A stretch of 64,000 nt of DNA from an uncultured Acidobacteriota bacterium (GCA_963822445.1 CAWGHO010000001.1:608001-672000); one strand, 5' to 3'; positions 1 to 9,452 are shown, numbered from the stretch's first letter. A program made the numbers and translations. Notes: a model not told the origin generated them from the sequence alone.

Positions 1-1127
1 TCTGCATCGAGATCGAGCCGCTGTTCCGCATCGGCGAGCGCAATCTGTGGGAGTCGTTCGACATCCTCCGCCGCGAGTTCGTCCGCGGCCTGCACGTGAT
101 GATCGGCCCGATCCTCGGCAACGACGTGATCATCGCCACCAGCCATTCCGGCGCGAATGATTTCTACTGCTTCGTCCGCGAGCAGCGCTTCGCGAATCTC
201 ACCCAGATCTCCCGGGACCTCGAGCGCGTGGCCCGAAGCTCACTGAAAGCATTGCCAGTGGATTCGTCGCTCGCCGAGGAAGTGGTGGTGTTTGCAGGGG
301 CTTCGGTTACGCAGCGACAGCCGATCTTCGCGCCGCGCATCCTCTACAACGCCGTTCGCGAGGCGAAGGACACCGCCGAACGCCGCGAGACGCGCTACTA
401 CGCCGCGATGCGCGAGCGTCTGGTTCGTGTGATTCAGGAGAAAGCGATCACCACGCTCTTTCAGCCCGTAGTGAATCTCGAGACCCGCGCGATCGTCGGA
501 TATGAGGCTCTCTCCCGCGGACCCGCCGGAACGGAGCTGGAGAATCCGGAAGTGCTGTTCGAGCTGGCCCGCGACTTCGATCTGGTGTGGGAGCTGGAAG
601 CGCTGTGCATCCAGAACGTGCTGCCCTGGCTGGACGACGTCTGCTCGCGCGGCTTCCTCTTCTTCAATCTCGAGTCCCAGTTCATTCAACAGCTCCAGCA
701 GCGCGGCACGGACGTCTTCGATCCGTTCTTCCGCTGCAACCGGCAGATCGTGATCGAGGTGACGGAGCGCAGCGCGATCCGCGACTACCGGACATTCCGC
801 CACACGCTGCACAACCTCAAGACGATGGGATTCAGGATCGCCATCGACGACTGCGGCTCGGGATACGCAACGCTGGAAGCAGTGGCCGAGCTGCGGCCCG
901 ATTACCTGAAGGTGGGCCACTCGCTGTTTCACGGCGTCGAAAACGATCCGATCCGCCGGCGGCTAGTGGAGCTGGTCGCACGCTGCGCGGATACGATCGG
1001 CGCGCGCACGATCGCCGAGGCGATCGAGAGCGAGGAGCAACTCCGCGTCTGCCGCGAGCTGGGGATCACCGAGGGGCAGGGGTTCCTGCTCGCGCGGCCC
1101 GCGCCGTGGGGCGAGCTGGTGGCGTAG
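1..1127 (+). CDS. EAL-domain c-di-GMP phosphodiesterase with degenerate GGDEF-like region (5' truncated by window)
   Basis: Frame open from position 3; FQPVVNL, YEALSRG, IEVTER, IAIDDCGSG, LKVGHS, IAEAIE, QGFLL motifs; SGANDF in place of GGDEF. Confidence 0.9.
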   Translation, partial: CIEIEPLFRIGERNLWESFDILRREFVRGLHVMIGPILGNDVIIATSHSGANDFYCFVREQRFANLTQISRDLERVARSSLKALPVDSSLAEEVVVFAGASVTQRQPIFAPRILYNAVREAKDTAERRETRYYAAMRERLVRVIQEKAITTLFQPVVNLETRAIVGYEALSRGPAGTELENPEVLFELARDFDLVWELEALCIQNVLPWLDDVCSRGFLFFNLESQFIQQLQQRGTDVFDPFFRCNRQIVIEVTERSAIRDYRTFRHTLHNLKTMGFRIAIDDCGSGYATLEAVAELRPDYLKVGHSLFHGVENDPIRRRLVELVARCADTIGARTIAEAIESEEQLRVCRELGITEGQGFLLARPAPWGELVA

Positions 1128-1128
1128 G

Positions 1129-1263
1129 CACGAGCAACCGGGAGGCCTCCGGCGGGGCGGCCACGGGCCGCAGCGCTGGTTGTGCCTTCTGCCGTACTCG
1201 CGGTAGCTGGCGCGGATCGCGTTCACGCCAACATTAGCGCTGCCGGCCCGTGGCCGGCCCGCC
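1129..1263. repeat. Long palindromic (REP/MITE-like) element, left part; IS110 target
   Basis: Arm 1129-1177 is the reverse complement of 1236-1263 joined to 2805-2826 (49 bp, 3 mismatches, 1 bulge). Confidence 0.85.
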
Positions 1264-1269
1264 TATAGC
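1264..1269 (+). promoter_or_regulatory. -10 half (TATAGC) of the IS110 circle-junction promoter
   Basis: Falls exactly 17 bp after TTGACA (2782-2787) when the ends are joined through CC. Confidence 0.8.
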
Positions 1270-1369
1270 TTGTCCGGCCGTCTCTCCGCTTCTCCCTCAG
1301 CCCTCAGAGAAGTACCCGTTGGGTGGCAATCGGGAGAATCGGGTTCAGGCGGCGCGATACTGAGAAGAA

Positions 1370-1521
1370 GGGTTCGTCCCGCTACGAATTCCGCCCGTGT
1401 TCGGATCGACGAATCCCTCCGGACTTTCGAGCGGGACGAAGTGCTTTGGCCCGAAACGCATTCTCAGATGCTGTCGGAGCACGACTCGACTATAGGCCTT
1501 GCGCGCGGCCAAAGCCAACCC
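1370..1521 (+). ncRNA. IS110 bridge RNA core: target-binding loop 1373-1440 and donor-binding loop 1443-1515 (transcript likely starts ~1276)
   Basis: Stems TTCGTCCCGCT/AGCGGGACGAA and GCTTTGGCC/GGCCAAAGC, outer GGGTT/AACCC; guides CCGCC, CCTCCGG, CTCAGATG and CTATAGG match target and donor. Confidence 0.85.
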
Positions 1522-1535
1522 GAAGGGAGGGTGTG

Positions 1536-2780
1536 ATGAGCGAGTTCGAGTTTGGGGCGTTGGTGGGACTGGATTGGGGTGACACATCGCACGAGGTGGC
1601 TCTTTGGGACGAGCAGCAGCAGACGTGCACGAACGAGCGCATCGAGCACACGCCTGCGGCTCTGCGCGCATGGATCGAAGCGCTGCAGGCGCGCTTCGGC
1701 GGGGCACCGATCGCCGTGGCCATCGAGCAGTCCCGCGGCGCGGTCTTCGACGCGCTCAGCGGCTATCCGTTCGTCACGTTGTATCCGATCAACCCACGCA
1801 GTGCAGCCCGGTATCGTGAGGCGTTTCATCCGAGCCTTTCGAAAGACGATCCGACCGACGCGGCGTCCTTGCTCGACCTGCTCCGTAAGCACCGCAACGA
1901 GCTGCGCCCGTTCATCGCCGACGACGCTTCTACGCGGCTGCTGCGGCTTCTGACCGAGGATCGGCGGGAGCTCGTCGATCAGAGGACGCAACACGTCCAA
2001 CGCATGACCGATCGGCTCAAGACGTACTACCCGCAGGCGCTCCGGTGGGCCGGCGCGTTGATTACGGCCCAGGCCTGTGACTTCCTCGAACGCTGGCCGA
2101 CGCTCGAGGCCATCCAAAGGGCTCGGCCGTCCGCGATACGGAGGTTCTATGCGGGTCATCATCACGCGGCCGCGTGGATCGACCAGAGGCTCGCCGAGAT
2201 CCGTTCAGAGGTCGCGTTCCACGACGACCAGGTCACCACTGACGCTGCCGTGCTGCTGATCGGAAGCGAGGTTGCGCAGATCCGGGCCCTCAACACGAGC
2301 ATCGCCACGTACGACCAGAAGATCTCGGCGGCGTTCGCCGCCCACCAGGACGCGTCGATCTTCGCGAGCTTCCCTGGCGCCGGCCAACAGCTCGCGCCGC
2401 GGCTCGCCGCCGCCTTCGGGACCGATCGCAAGCGCTTCGGCAGCGCCGTCAACGTCGCCACCCGAAGCGGCATCGCCCCGGTTCTCCGCCGGAGCGGCAA
2501 AACGGCGGTCGTGCACATGCGCTGGGCCTGTCCGAAGTTCCTGCGTCAGACGTTCCATGAGTACGCCCGCGTGTCGATCGGTCAGTCCGAATGGGCTCGA
2601 GCCTTCTACAAGCAGCAACGCGCGCGCGGACACAGCCACCACGAGGCTATCCGCACGCTCGCTTACCGCTGGATCCGCGTCCTTTACGCCTGCTGGAACA
2701 ATCGCACCGTCTACGACGAAGCTCTCTATCTGCGGCAGCTCGCCACCCGAGGCTCAACCCTCGCCACAGCTGCTCCCTGA
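1536..2780 (+). CDS. IS110-family recombinase/transposase (414 aa)
   Basis: VGLDWG, IEQS, KDDPTDA (DEDD RuvC-like); FPGAG, SGIAPVLRRSG (Tnp domain serine loop); SD GGGAGG 1525-1530. Confidence 0.95.
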   Translation: MSEFEFGALVGLDWGDTSHEVALWDEQQQTCTNERIEHTPAALRAWIEALQARFGGAPIAVAIEQSRGAVFDALSGYPFVTLYPINPRSAARYREAFHPSLSKDDPTDAASLLDLLRKHRNELRPFIADDASTRLLRLLTEDRRELVDQRTQHVQRMTDRLKTYYPQALRWAGALITAQACDFLERWPTLEAIQRARPSAIRRFYAGHHHAAAWIDQRLAEIRSEVAFHDDQVTTDAAVLLIGSEVAQIRALNTSIATYDQKISAAFAAHQDASIFASFPGAGQQLAPRLAAAFGTDRKRFGSAVNVATRSGIAPVLRRSGKTAVVHMRWACPKFLRQTFHEYARVSIGQSEWARAFYKQQRARGHSHHEAIRTLAYRWIRVLYACWNNRTVYDEALYLRQLATRGSTLATAAP

Positions 2781-2781
2781 C

Positions 2782-2787
2782 TTGACA
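2782..2787 (+). promoter_or_regulatory. -35 half (TTGACA) of the IS110 circle-junction promoter
   Basis: Consensus TTGACA just after the recombinase stop, 15 nt before the CC core. Confidence 0.85.
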
Positions 2788-2804
2788 GGAAGGCTCAGAT
2801 GTCC

Positions 2805-2826
2805 GGAGGCCTCCCGGTCGGTCGTG
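2805..2826. repeat. Right remnant of the palindrome split by IS110
   Basis: GGAGGCCTCCCGGTCGGTCGTG pairs with 1129-1150. Confidence 0.85.
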
Positions 2827-2851
2827 TCATCGCTACAATACGACCACACCG

Positions 2852-4837
2852 ATGACATCGACCGTCCGGAAGGCCCTCGTCCGCGCGGGCCAGATTGTGT
2901 TGACCTTCGCCGTCTTCGCGTTCTTCAACGCCATCGCCTTCCACTTCGAGATCGAAAACGGCGTCTCGATTCTTTTCCCCGCCACGGCCATCTCCATCAT
3001 CGCCTGCATGTGGCTCGGCGTCTGGGGAGCCATCGGCGTCATCCTCGGCACCATCGTCACGCCGTGGGGTGCGGTCACCGCGTCGCAGCTCGTGATCAGC
3101 GGCGTGTTGGCGGCGCTCGAAGGGCTCATCCCCTACTACGTCTTTCGATTCCGGCGCGATCTCACGGAAGACCTGCGGGACATGAAGTCGCTGGTCGCGT
3201 TCCTGCTGTTCGGAACGATCATCAACAGCGCCATCAGCGCCATCCTCGGCAATCTGCTCGTCATTCCTCATCCGCCCGGCGAGACGATCGTGTGGCGGCA
3301 GGTGTTCGTCTGGTGGATCGCCGACTTCACCGCGGCGCTGCTCATCGCCACGCCGATTCTCGCGTTCGGCGGGACGCTCTTCCGCCGCGTCCGAGACCAC
3401 GACGAGCGCCCGCGCACGATCGGCAACGCGCTGCAGATCGTCACGGTCATCATCCTTCTCGGATTCGCGGCGTCCTTCGCCATCCGTACCTATCTCCTGA
3501 ACCGTCTCGAACAGGAGCGTCTCGATCAGCAGCAGATGTGGATCGGCGCGCAGGAAACGCTGAACCGGATGCACAGCAACTTCTTGCGCGCGGCCTTCAT
3601 CGATCCCGACGATCCCGGCGCGGAGGCGAAGCTCGACGCCGCGCGGCGCACGAACGAGGAGTTCATCCGCTCGATTCAGGACGCGACCGCCGGCGCATCC
3701 GATGAGCTGAAGCGCGAGCTCCCGCTGGTCGGCGCGGCCACGGCGCGGTGGTTCGCGACGGCGAAGTTGCGAGCCGACGGCGGGGAGGCCCATCAGACCG
3801 GCCGGCGCATCCTCGGCATCCGCGGAATGATGGATCGCGCCAACGCCCGGGCCTGGGAGAAGTTCACGGTCACGCGGCAAAAGATCATGTTCGTCGCGGC
3901 CGTCGTCGACGCGATCGTCTTCTCGATCCTGCTCCTGGCCACGACCACGCTCCTGTACACGATCTCCCGGCCGTTCGCGCAGTTGCGGGCGGGAATCCGG
4001 TCGATTCGCGAGGGAGATCCCTTCGATGCCACGCGAGTCGACTCGCGCTACCTCGAATTCCGATCCATCGCCGCGACGCTGGAGGAAACGGCGGCCGAGT
4101 TACGCCGCCGCGAGGAAGAGTTGCGCTTGCAGACGGAGAAAGCCATCCGCGCCTCGCGTCACAAGAGCGAGTTCCTGGCGAAGATGTCCCACGAGCTCCG
4201 CACGCCCCTCAATTCGATCATCGGCTTTTCCGACCTCCTCGCCGAACAGGAGACGACCATCTCCACGGAGAAGCGCCTGGCCTTTCTCGACAACGTGGCC
4301 AACAGCGCCCGGCATCTGCTGAAGCTGATCAACGACCTGCTCGACATCGCCAAGGTCGAATCGGGAAAGATGAAGCTGCATCTCGAGAACGTCGACCTGC
4401 GCATGAGCATCGCCAGCACCGTGGCCTCGACGCAGCCGCTGTTCGAGCGCAAACGGCAGGAAGTGGAGATCCGCACGCCGGATACGCCGATGATCGCCCA
4501 CGCCGACGCGGGGCGGATCGAGCAGGTCCTGCTCAACCTCCTGTCGAACGCAAACAAGTTCACGCCCGAAGGGGAGAAGATCGTCGTCAGCGGCGGCGCG
4601 GAAGCGGCCATGTGGCGGATCGAAGTCGCCGACCGCGGCATCGGCATCAGTCGCGACGATCAGGACCGCATCTTCGACGAGTTCGAGCAGGTCCAGTCCT
4701 CCGCCACCCACTCCACCGGCACCGGCCTCGGCCTGGCCCTGGCCCGTCGATTCGTCGAAGCGCACGGGGGGACGATTCAGGTGGAGAGCGCCCTCGGCGC
4801 GGGGGCGAGGTTCAGCGTGCTTTTGCCTCGCGCCTGA
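2852..4837 (+). CDS. MASE1-domain sensor histidine kinase
   Basis: Multi-TM N-terminus (LFPATAI, WWIAD); H-box MSHELRTPLN; N-box NLLSNANKF; DRGIGI, GTGLGL. Confidence 0.92.
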   Translation: MTSTVRKALVRAGQIVLTFAVFAFFNAIAFHFEIENGVSILFPATAISIIACMWLGVWGAIGVILGTIVTPWGAVTASQLVISGVLAALEGLIPYYVFRFRRDLTEDLRDMKSLVAFLLFGTIINSAISAILGNLLVIPHPPGETIVWRQVFVWWIADFTAALLIATPILAFGGTLFRRVRDHDERPRTIGNALQIVTVIILLGFAASFAIRTYLLNRLEQERLDQQQMWIGAQETLNRMHSNFLRAAFIDPDDPGAEAKLDAARRTNEEFIRSIQDATAGASDELKRELPLVGAATARWFATAKLRADGGEAHQTGRRILGIRGMMDRANARAWEKFTVTRQKIMFVAAVVDAIVFSILLLATTTLLYTISRPFAQLRAGIRSIREGDPFDATRVDSRYLEFRSIAATLEETAAELRRREEELRLQTEKAIRASRHKSEFLAKMSHELRTPLNSIIGFSDLLAEQETTISTEKRLAFLDNVANSARHLLKLINDLLDIAKVESGKMKLHLENVDLRMSIASTVASTQPLFERKRQEVEIRTPDTPMIAHADAGRIEQVLLNLLSNANKFTPEGEKIVVSGGAEAAMWRIEVADRGIGISRDDQDRIFDEFEQVQSSATHSTGTGLGLALARRFVEAHGGTIQVESALGAGARFSVLLPRA

Positions 4838-4843
4838 CGGCAC

Positions 4844-4925
4844 GGATTGAGGATTGAGAATTGAGGATTGAGGATTGGTGTCCTGCCAGATTTCTCCTCA
4901 ATCCTCAATCCTCAATCCTCAATCC
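4844..4925. repeat. Inverted heptamer tandem-repeat hairpin
   Basis: 5 x GGATTGA-like (4844-4878), then 4 x TCAATCC (4898-4925). Confidence 0.9.
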
Positions 4926-4949
4926 GCGACGTGGTAACGTCGCGCTCCG

Positions 4950-5621
4950 ATGCTCCACCTAGGCTCGATCCGCGGCACATCCATCGACGTCGACTTCAGC
5001 TTTTTCATCCTGATCCTTCTTTTCGTCGCGTTGAACTACGACGCGCAGAAGGGGATTCAGTACGCGTTGCTCTGGATTCCGGTCATTTTCATCAGCGTGC
5101 TCATTCATGAGCTCGCGCATGCGGCGACGATTGGCATCTTCGGCTTCGGCTCGAGCCAGATCATCCTCGGCGGGATGGGCGGCGTGACTATCAACTCCCG
5201 CCAGGCCAGGCCGTGGCAGGACATGCTCATCAGCGTGGCAGGGCCATTTTCAAGCTTCGCCCTCGGCTTCCTCGTCCTGGGAATCATCATCAAGGTCCCG
5301 CAGCACGCGAACGATCCGATGCTCAAGGCGCTTTTACCAGTGCTGTTCGAGGTAAACATCCTCTGGGGCCTGTTCAACCTCATCCCCACACCCCCCCTCG
5401 ACGGCGGCCACGCCACGCGCGACTTCTTCCGGATGTTCCTCAGCGAACGGACGGCTTTCATCGTCGCCACCTGGATCGCCATCATCGTCGGCGGGGCCAT
5501 CGCCATCTGGTTCTTCGTGAGCAGAAAGCAGTTCTTCATCGCCTTCTACATCGCCTGGTTCGTCTTCATGGCCTTCCAGCGCTGGCAGGATTTCCAGAAA
5601 TACGGCACACCGCAGGACTGA
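4950..5621 (+). CDS. Site-2 protease (M50) family membrane metalloprotease
   Basis: HELAH, AGP, NLIPTPPLDGG, TM segments. Confidence 0.92.
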   Translation: MLHLGSIRGTSIDVDFSFFILILLFVALNYDAQKGIQYALLWIPVIFISVLIHELAHAATIGIFGFGSSQIILGGMGGVTINSRQARPWQDMLISVAGPFSSFALGFLVLGIIIKVPQHANDPMLKALLPVLFEVNILWGLFNLIPTPPLDGGHATRDFFRMFLSERTAFIVATWIAIIVGGAIAIWFFVSRKQFFIAFYIAWFVFMAFQRWQDFQKYGTPQD

Positions 5622-5663
5622 CGGACTTCCCTACCGGCTACAATTCGCCGAGCCGCTCTCGTC

Positions 5664-8600
5664 ATGACCATTCCCACGGAGACCCCCGTCCGCGTCGCTA
5701 CGCGCCCGTCGAGATTTCAACGGGCGAAGCGCGCCTTGGCCCGTCTTCTGCGCCACGGCCGGCGCAACACGCCAGACTCCCTCCAGACCACGATCGCCAT
5801 CCTCAAAGCGCAGCAGGAAGCGACGCTGGAAGGCATCCTGGTCGTCGACGACAAGGGCAAGGTCCTTTCGTACAACCGCCGCTTCCTCGAGATCTGGCGC
5901 ATCCCCGACCAGATCGCCGTTCGCGCCGACGACAACGAGCTCCTCGGGTACGCGGCTGATTCCGTCGCGAACTGGGACGCGTTCATCGAGCTGGTCAACT
6001 ATCTCTACGAACATCCCGACGAGGTCCGTAGCGGGGACATGGTTCATCTCAAGGATGGCCGTGTCCTTTCCCGCTCGAGCCTCCCGATCATCGTCGACGG
6101 CGAGGTCCACGGACGCTCCTGGTACTTCCGCGACATCACCGAATCGGTGAAGTCGGAGAAGCTGCAGGACGCGCTGTTCCGCATCGCGCAGCTCACGCGC
6201 GAAGTGGAGAGCCTCGACGAGTTGTACGCCGAGGTGCATGGCGTCGTGCGGACGCTGATGGCGGCGGAGAACTTCTTCATCGCCGAGTACGACGCCGATC
6301 GCGATCTGCTCCACTTCCCCTACTTCGTCGACCAGTTCGACGGGCACAAATCGTCGACGATGAATCCCGGTCACGGCCTCACCGCATACGTGCTGCGAAC
6401 CGGCGAGCCGCTGCTGGCCACACCCGAGGTCTTCGAGCGCCTGGCCAACGCCGGCGAGGTGGAGTCGATCGGCACGCCATCGCTCGATTGGCTCGGCGTA
6501 CCGCTGAAGACGGGCGATGTCACCTGGGGCGTGATCGGAGCGCAGACGTATGTCGAGAGCATGCGCTACACGGAGCGCGATCGCGACCTGCTGGTTTTCG
6601 TGGCCCGGCACGTGGCCGCCGCGATCGAGCACAAGCGCCGCGAATACGCATTGCGCGACAGCGAGCTCCGGCACCGGCAGATGTTCGAGAACAACCGCGC
6701 GGTGAAGCTGCTCATCGATCCCGAGACCGGCGCCATCGTCGACGCCAATCCATCGGCCATCGACTTCTACGGCTACTCGCGCGAAGAGCTCCTGAGCCTT
6801 CGGGTCTGGGACATCAACGTCAGCGGCGAGGAGGAAGTGCGCCGCGAGATGATCCGCGCGAAGGAGCAGCACCGCACGTACTTCCAGTTCAAGCACAGGC
6901 GCGCCGACGGAGAGATCCGCAGCGTGGAAGTACACAGCGGACCGATCGAAGTGGACGGCGGGAAACTGCTCTACTCGATCATCCACGACATCACCGAGCG
7001 CAAACGCGCCGAGGAAGCGCTGCAGCAATCGGAAGAAAAGTACCGGGTCATCTTCGATTACGCGCCGGTCGGCATTTATCAGTCCACGCGCGACGGCCGC
7101 TTCGTGACCGCGAATCCAGCCCTGGCCCGCATCCTCGGCTACGACTCCGTCGAGGAACTGCTCACCCGCAATCTCGAAAAGGACATCTACTGGGACTCGT
7201 CGCAGCGCGAGGAGATGATCCGCCGCTTCGAGCCATCGGGCTCCGGGAACAACATCGAGGTCTGCTGGAAGCGCAAGGACGGCTCACCGATCCACGTGCA
7301 GATCAACGCCCACGGCGTTCGCGCGCCGCACGGGATCACGTTCTTCGAAGGATTCGTCTTCGACGTCACCGAGCGCAAACGCGCCGAGGATTCGGTCGCC
7401 GCGGCGGATGCCCAGCGCAAGGCCGTCCTCGATGCCGCCACGCGCGTCTCGATCATTGCCACGAACGCGACCGGCACGATCACCATCTTCAACGCCGGCG
7501 CGGAACGGATGCTCGGCTATGAAGCGGCGGAGATGGTCGGGCGACGATCGCTGCTCGATCTGCATCGTGCCGAGGAGGTCGATCGCCACGCCATTCAGCT
7601 CTCGTCCGAGCTCGGACGCGTGGTCGAAGGCTTCGACGTGCTGGTCCTGCGTGCGGCGACGGAAGACGCGGAAGAGCACGAGTGGACGTACGCGAAGAAG
7701 AACGGCGAGGCGCTGACCGTCGCCGTTTCGGTCACCGCGCTCCGTGACGAGCACGGGATGGTCAACGGTTTCCTGCACGTCGCCGCGGACATCACGCCGC
7801 GCAAACGGGCCGAGGAGATTCTGCGCAAGCAGTCAGCGGCCATGACCGCGTCGATGGACGGCATCGGCATCCTCGACGACCGCCTCGAATTCACGTATCT
7901 CAACGATTCGCTGGCCAAGCTCTTCGGCTATCCGAATCCACAGGAGATCCTCGGCCGCAACCTCTGCGATCTGTACGAGCCGCACGAGCAGGTCCGCTTC
8001 ATCACCAGCATCGTCCCGCTCGTTCATCAGCGCGGCCGCTGGCGCGGCGAAGCGACCGGACTACGTCGCGATGGAACGAATTTCCCCCAGGAAATTTCGC
8101 TGACGGCGATCGCCGGCGACGGCATGGTCTGCGTGGTCCGCGACATCACCGAGCGCACGTATGCCGAGGAGCAGATCAAGCACCTCGCCTACCACGACGC
8201 GCTGACGAACCTTCCCAATCGCCTGTTGTTCAAGGACCGGCTCACGGTCGCGTTGTCGCACGCGCAACGGGAATCGTCACGCCTGGCCGTCCTCTTCCTC
8301 GACCTCGATCGGTTCAAAGTCATCAACGACTCCCTCGGACACAACATCGGCGATCAGCTGCTGCAGGCGGTCGCCGTGCGCGTGCAGGCCTGCGTCCGCG
8401 AGAGCGACACCGTGGCCCGCCTCGGCGGCGACGAGTTCACCGTTCTCCTGCCGCGATTGAACCGCTCCGATGACGCGGCGCCCGTCGCTTCGAAAATCAT
8501 CGAGGCCATCCGCCACCCCTTCCACATCGAGGGGCGCGAGTTCTTCACGACCACGAGCATCGGCATCAGCCTGTTTCCTGAGGATGGAACGGATGCCGAG

Positions 8601-9452
8601 GCGCTGATCAAGAACGCGGATACGGCCATGTATCAGGCCAAGGAACTGGGCCGCGACAACTATCAGCTCTTCAACGCGCATGTGAATGCGAAGGCGCTGC
8701 AGCGCATCACCATCGAGCACGGCCTGCGCAAAGCGCTGGCGAACGACGAGTTCAAGGTGCATTACCAGCCGATCTTCGATCTCCGCAGCGGACGGATCAC
8801 CGGCACCGAAGCGCTGCTTCGCTGGACGCATCCGGAGATGGGCGCCATTCCGCCGGCGACTTTCATTCCGCTGGCCGAGGCCACCGGCGCGATGATCCCG
8901 ATCGGCGGATGGGCATTGCGCGAGGCCGTGCGTCAGGCGAAGGAGTGGCACGACGCGGGGCATACCGATCTGACCATCGCCGTGAATCTCTCAGTGACGC
9001 AGTTGCAGCAGACCGATCTGGTGCATCGCGTGCGGGAGATCCTCGCGGAGACGCAGTTGCCGCCGCAATTGCTCGAGCTGGAGATCACCGAGAGCAGCGC
9101 GATGATCAATCCCGAGGCCAGCGTGCGGACGCTGGATGAGCTGAAACGGATCGGCATCCGCATCTCGCTCGACGATTTCGGCACGGGCCACTCGTCGCTG
9201 AGCTACCTGAAGCGCTTCCCGATCGATACGCTGAAGATCGATCAGTCGTTCGTCCGGGACATCACGTCCGAGGCCGATACGGCGGCGATCGTGCAGGCCA
9301 TCATCGCCATGGCCCACAGCCTGCGGTTGAAGGTGATCGCGGAAGGCGTGGAGTACCCCGAGCAGGCTGATTTCCTCCGCCTGCACGGCTGCGATCAGAT
9401 GCAGGGCTACCTGATCAAGCCGCCCGTCGCGGCCTGCGATCTGGAGTTGTGA
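5664..9452 (+). CDS. Multi-PAS/GAF GGDEF-EAL diguanylate cyclase/phosphodiesterase
   Basis: Several DITERK-type PAS ends, GAF (WLGVPL), RLGGDEF, EALLRW, DDFGTG. Confidence 0.95.
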   Translation: MTIPTETPVRVATRPSRFQRAKRALARLLRHGRRNTPDSLQTTIAILKAQQEATLEGILVVDDKGKVLSYNRRFLEIWRIPDQIAVRADDNELLGYAADSVANWDAFIELVNYLYEHPDEVRSGDMVHLKDGRVLSRSSLPIIVDGEVHGRSWYFRDITESVKSEKLQDALFRIAQLTREVESLDELYAEVHGVVRTLMAAENFFIAEYDADRDLLHFPYFVDQFDGHKSSTMNPGHGLTAYVLRTGEPLLATPEVFERLANAGEVESIGTPSLDWLGVPLKTGDVTWGVIGAQTYVESMRYTERDRDLLVFVARHVAAAIEHKRREYALRDSELRHRQMFENNRAVKLLIDPETGAIVDANPSAIDFYGYSREELLSLRVWDINVSGEEEVRREMIRAKEQHRTYFQFKHRRADGEIRSVEVHSGPIEVDGGKLLYSIIHDITERKRAEEALQQSEEKYRVIFDYAPVGIYQSTRDGRFVTANPALARILGYDSVEELLTRNLEKDIYWDSSQREEMIRRFEPSGSGNNIEVCWKRKDGSPIHVQINAHGVRAPHGITFFEGFVFDVTERKRAEDSVAAADAQRKAVLDAATRVSIIATNATGTITIFNAGAERMLGYEAAEMVGRRSLLDLHRAEEVDRHAIQLSSELGRVVEGFDVLVLRAATEDAEEHEWTYAKKNGEALTVAVSVTALRDEHGMVNGFLHVAADITPRKRAEEILRKQSAAMTASMDGIGILDDRLEFTYLNDSLAKLFGYPNPQEILGRNLCDLYEPHEQVRFITSIVPLVHQRGRWRGEATGLRRDGTNFPQEISLTAIAGDGMVCVVRDITERTYAEEQIKHLAYHDALTNLPNRLLFKDRLTVALSHAQRESSRLAVLFLDLDRFKVINDSLGHNIGDQLLQAVAVRVQACVRESDTVARLGGDEFTVLLPRLNRSDDAAPVASKIIEAIRHPFHIEGREFFTTTSIGISLFPEDGTDAEALIKNADTAMYQAKELGRDNYQLFNAHVNAKALQRITIEHGLRKALANDEFKVHYQPIFDLRSGRITGTEALLRWTHPEMGAIPPATFIPLAEATGAMIPIGGWALREAVRQAKEWHDAGHTDLTIAVNLSVTQLQQTDLVHRVREILAETQLPPQLLELEITESSAMINPEASVRTLDELKRIGIRISLDDFGTGHSSLSYLKRFPIDTLKIDQSFVRDITSEADTAAIVQAIIAMAHSLRLKVIAEGVEYPEQADFLRLHGCDQMQGYLIKPPVAACDLEL

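Larger units (their letters stand above)
1264..2804 (+). mobile_element. IS110-family insertion sequence, 1541 bp including one CC core
   Basis: DEDD/Tnp recombinase; removing 1264-2804 restores the flanking palindrome; CC at 1262-1263 and 2803-2804; no terminal inverted repeats. Confidence 0.92.

Noticed and set aside
1323-1535. 71-aa N-terminal extension of the transposase in the ORF track
   Set aside because: The SD and the DEDD domain start at 1536; the upstream region is structured RNA.
1271-2806. TGTCCGG at 1271 and 2800 read as a 7-bp target-site duplication
   Set aside because: Those boundaries would leave an extra 10 nt in the restored hairpin and break both the 17-bp promoter spacing and the donor-guide match.
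1137-2818. 16-bp inverted repeat ACCGGGAGGCCTCCGG read as IS terminal inverted repeats
   Set aside because: It belongs to the host palindrome split by the insertion; the promoter spacing and RNA guides place the ends at 1264 and 2804.
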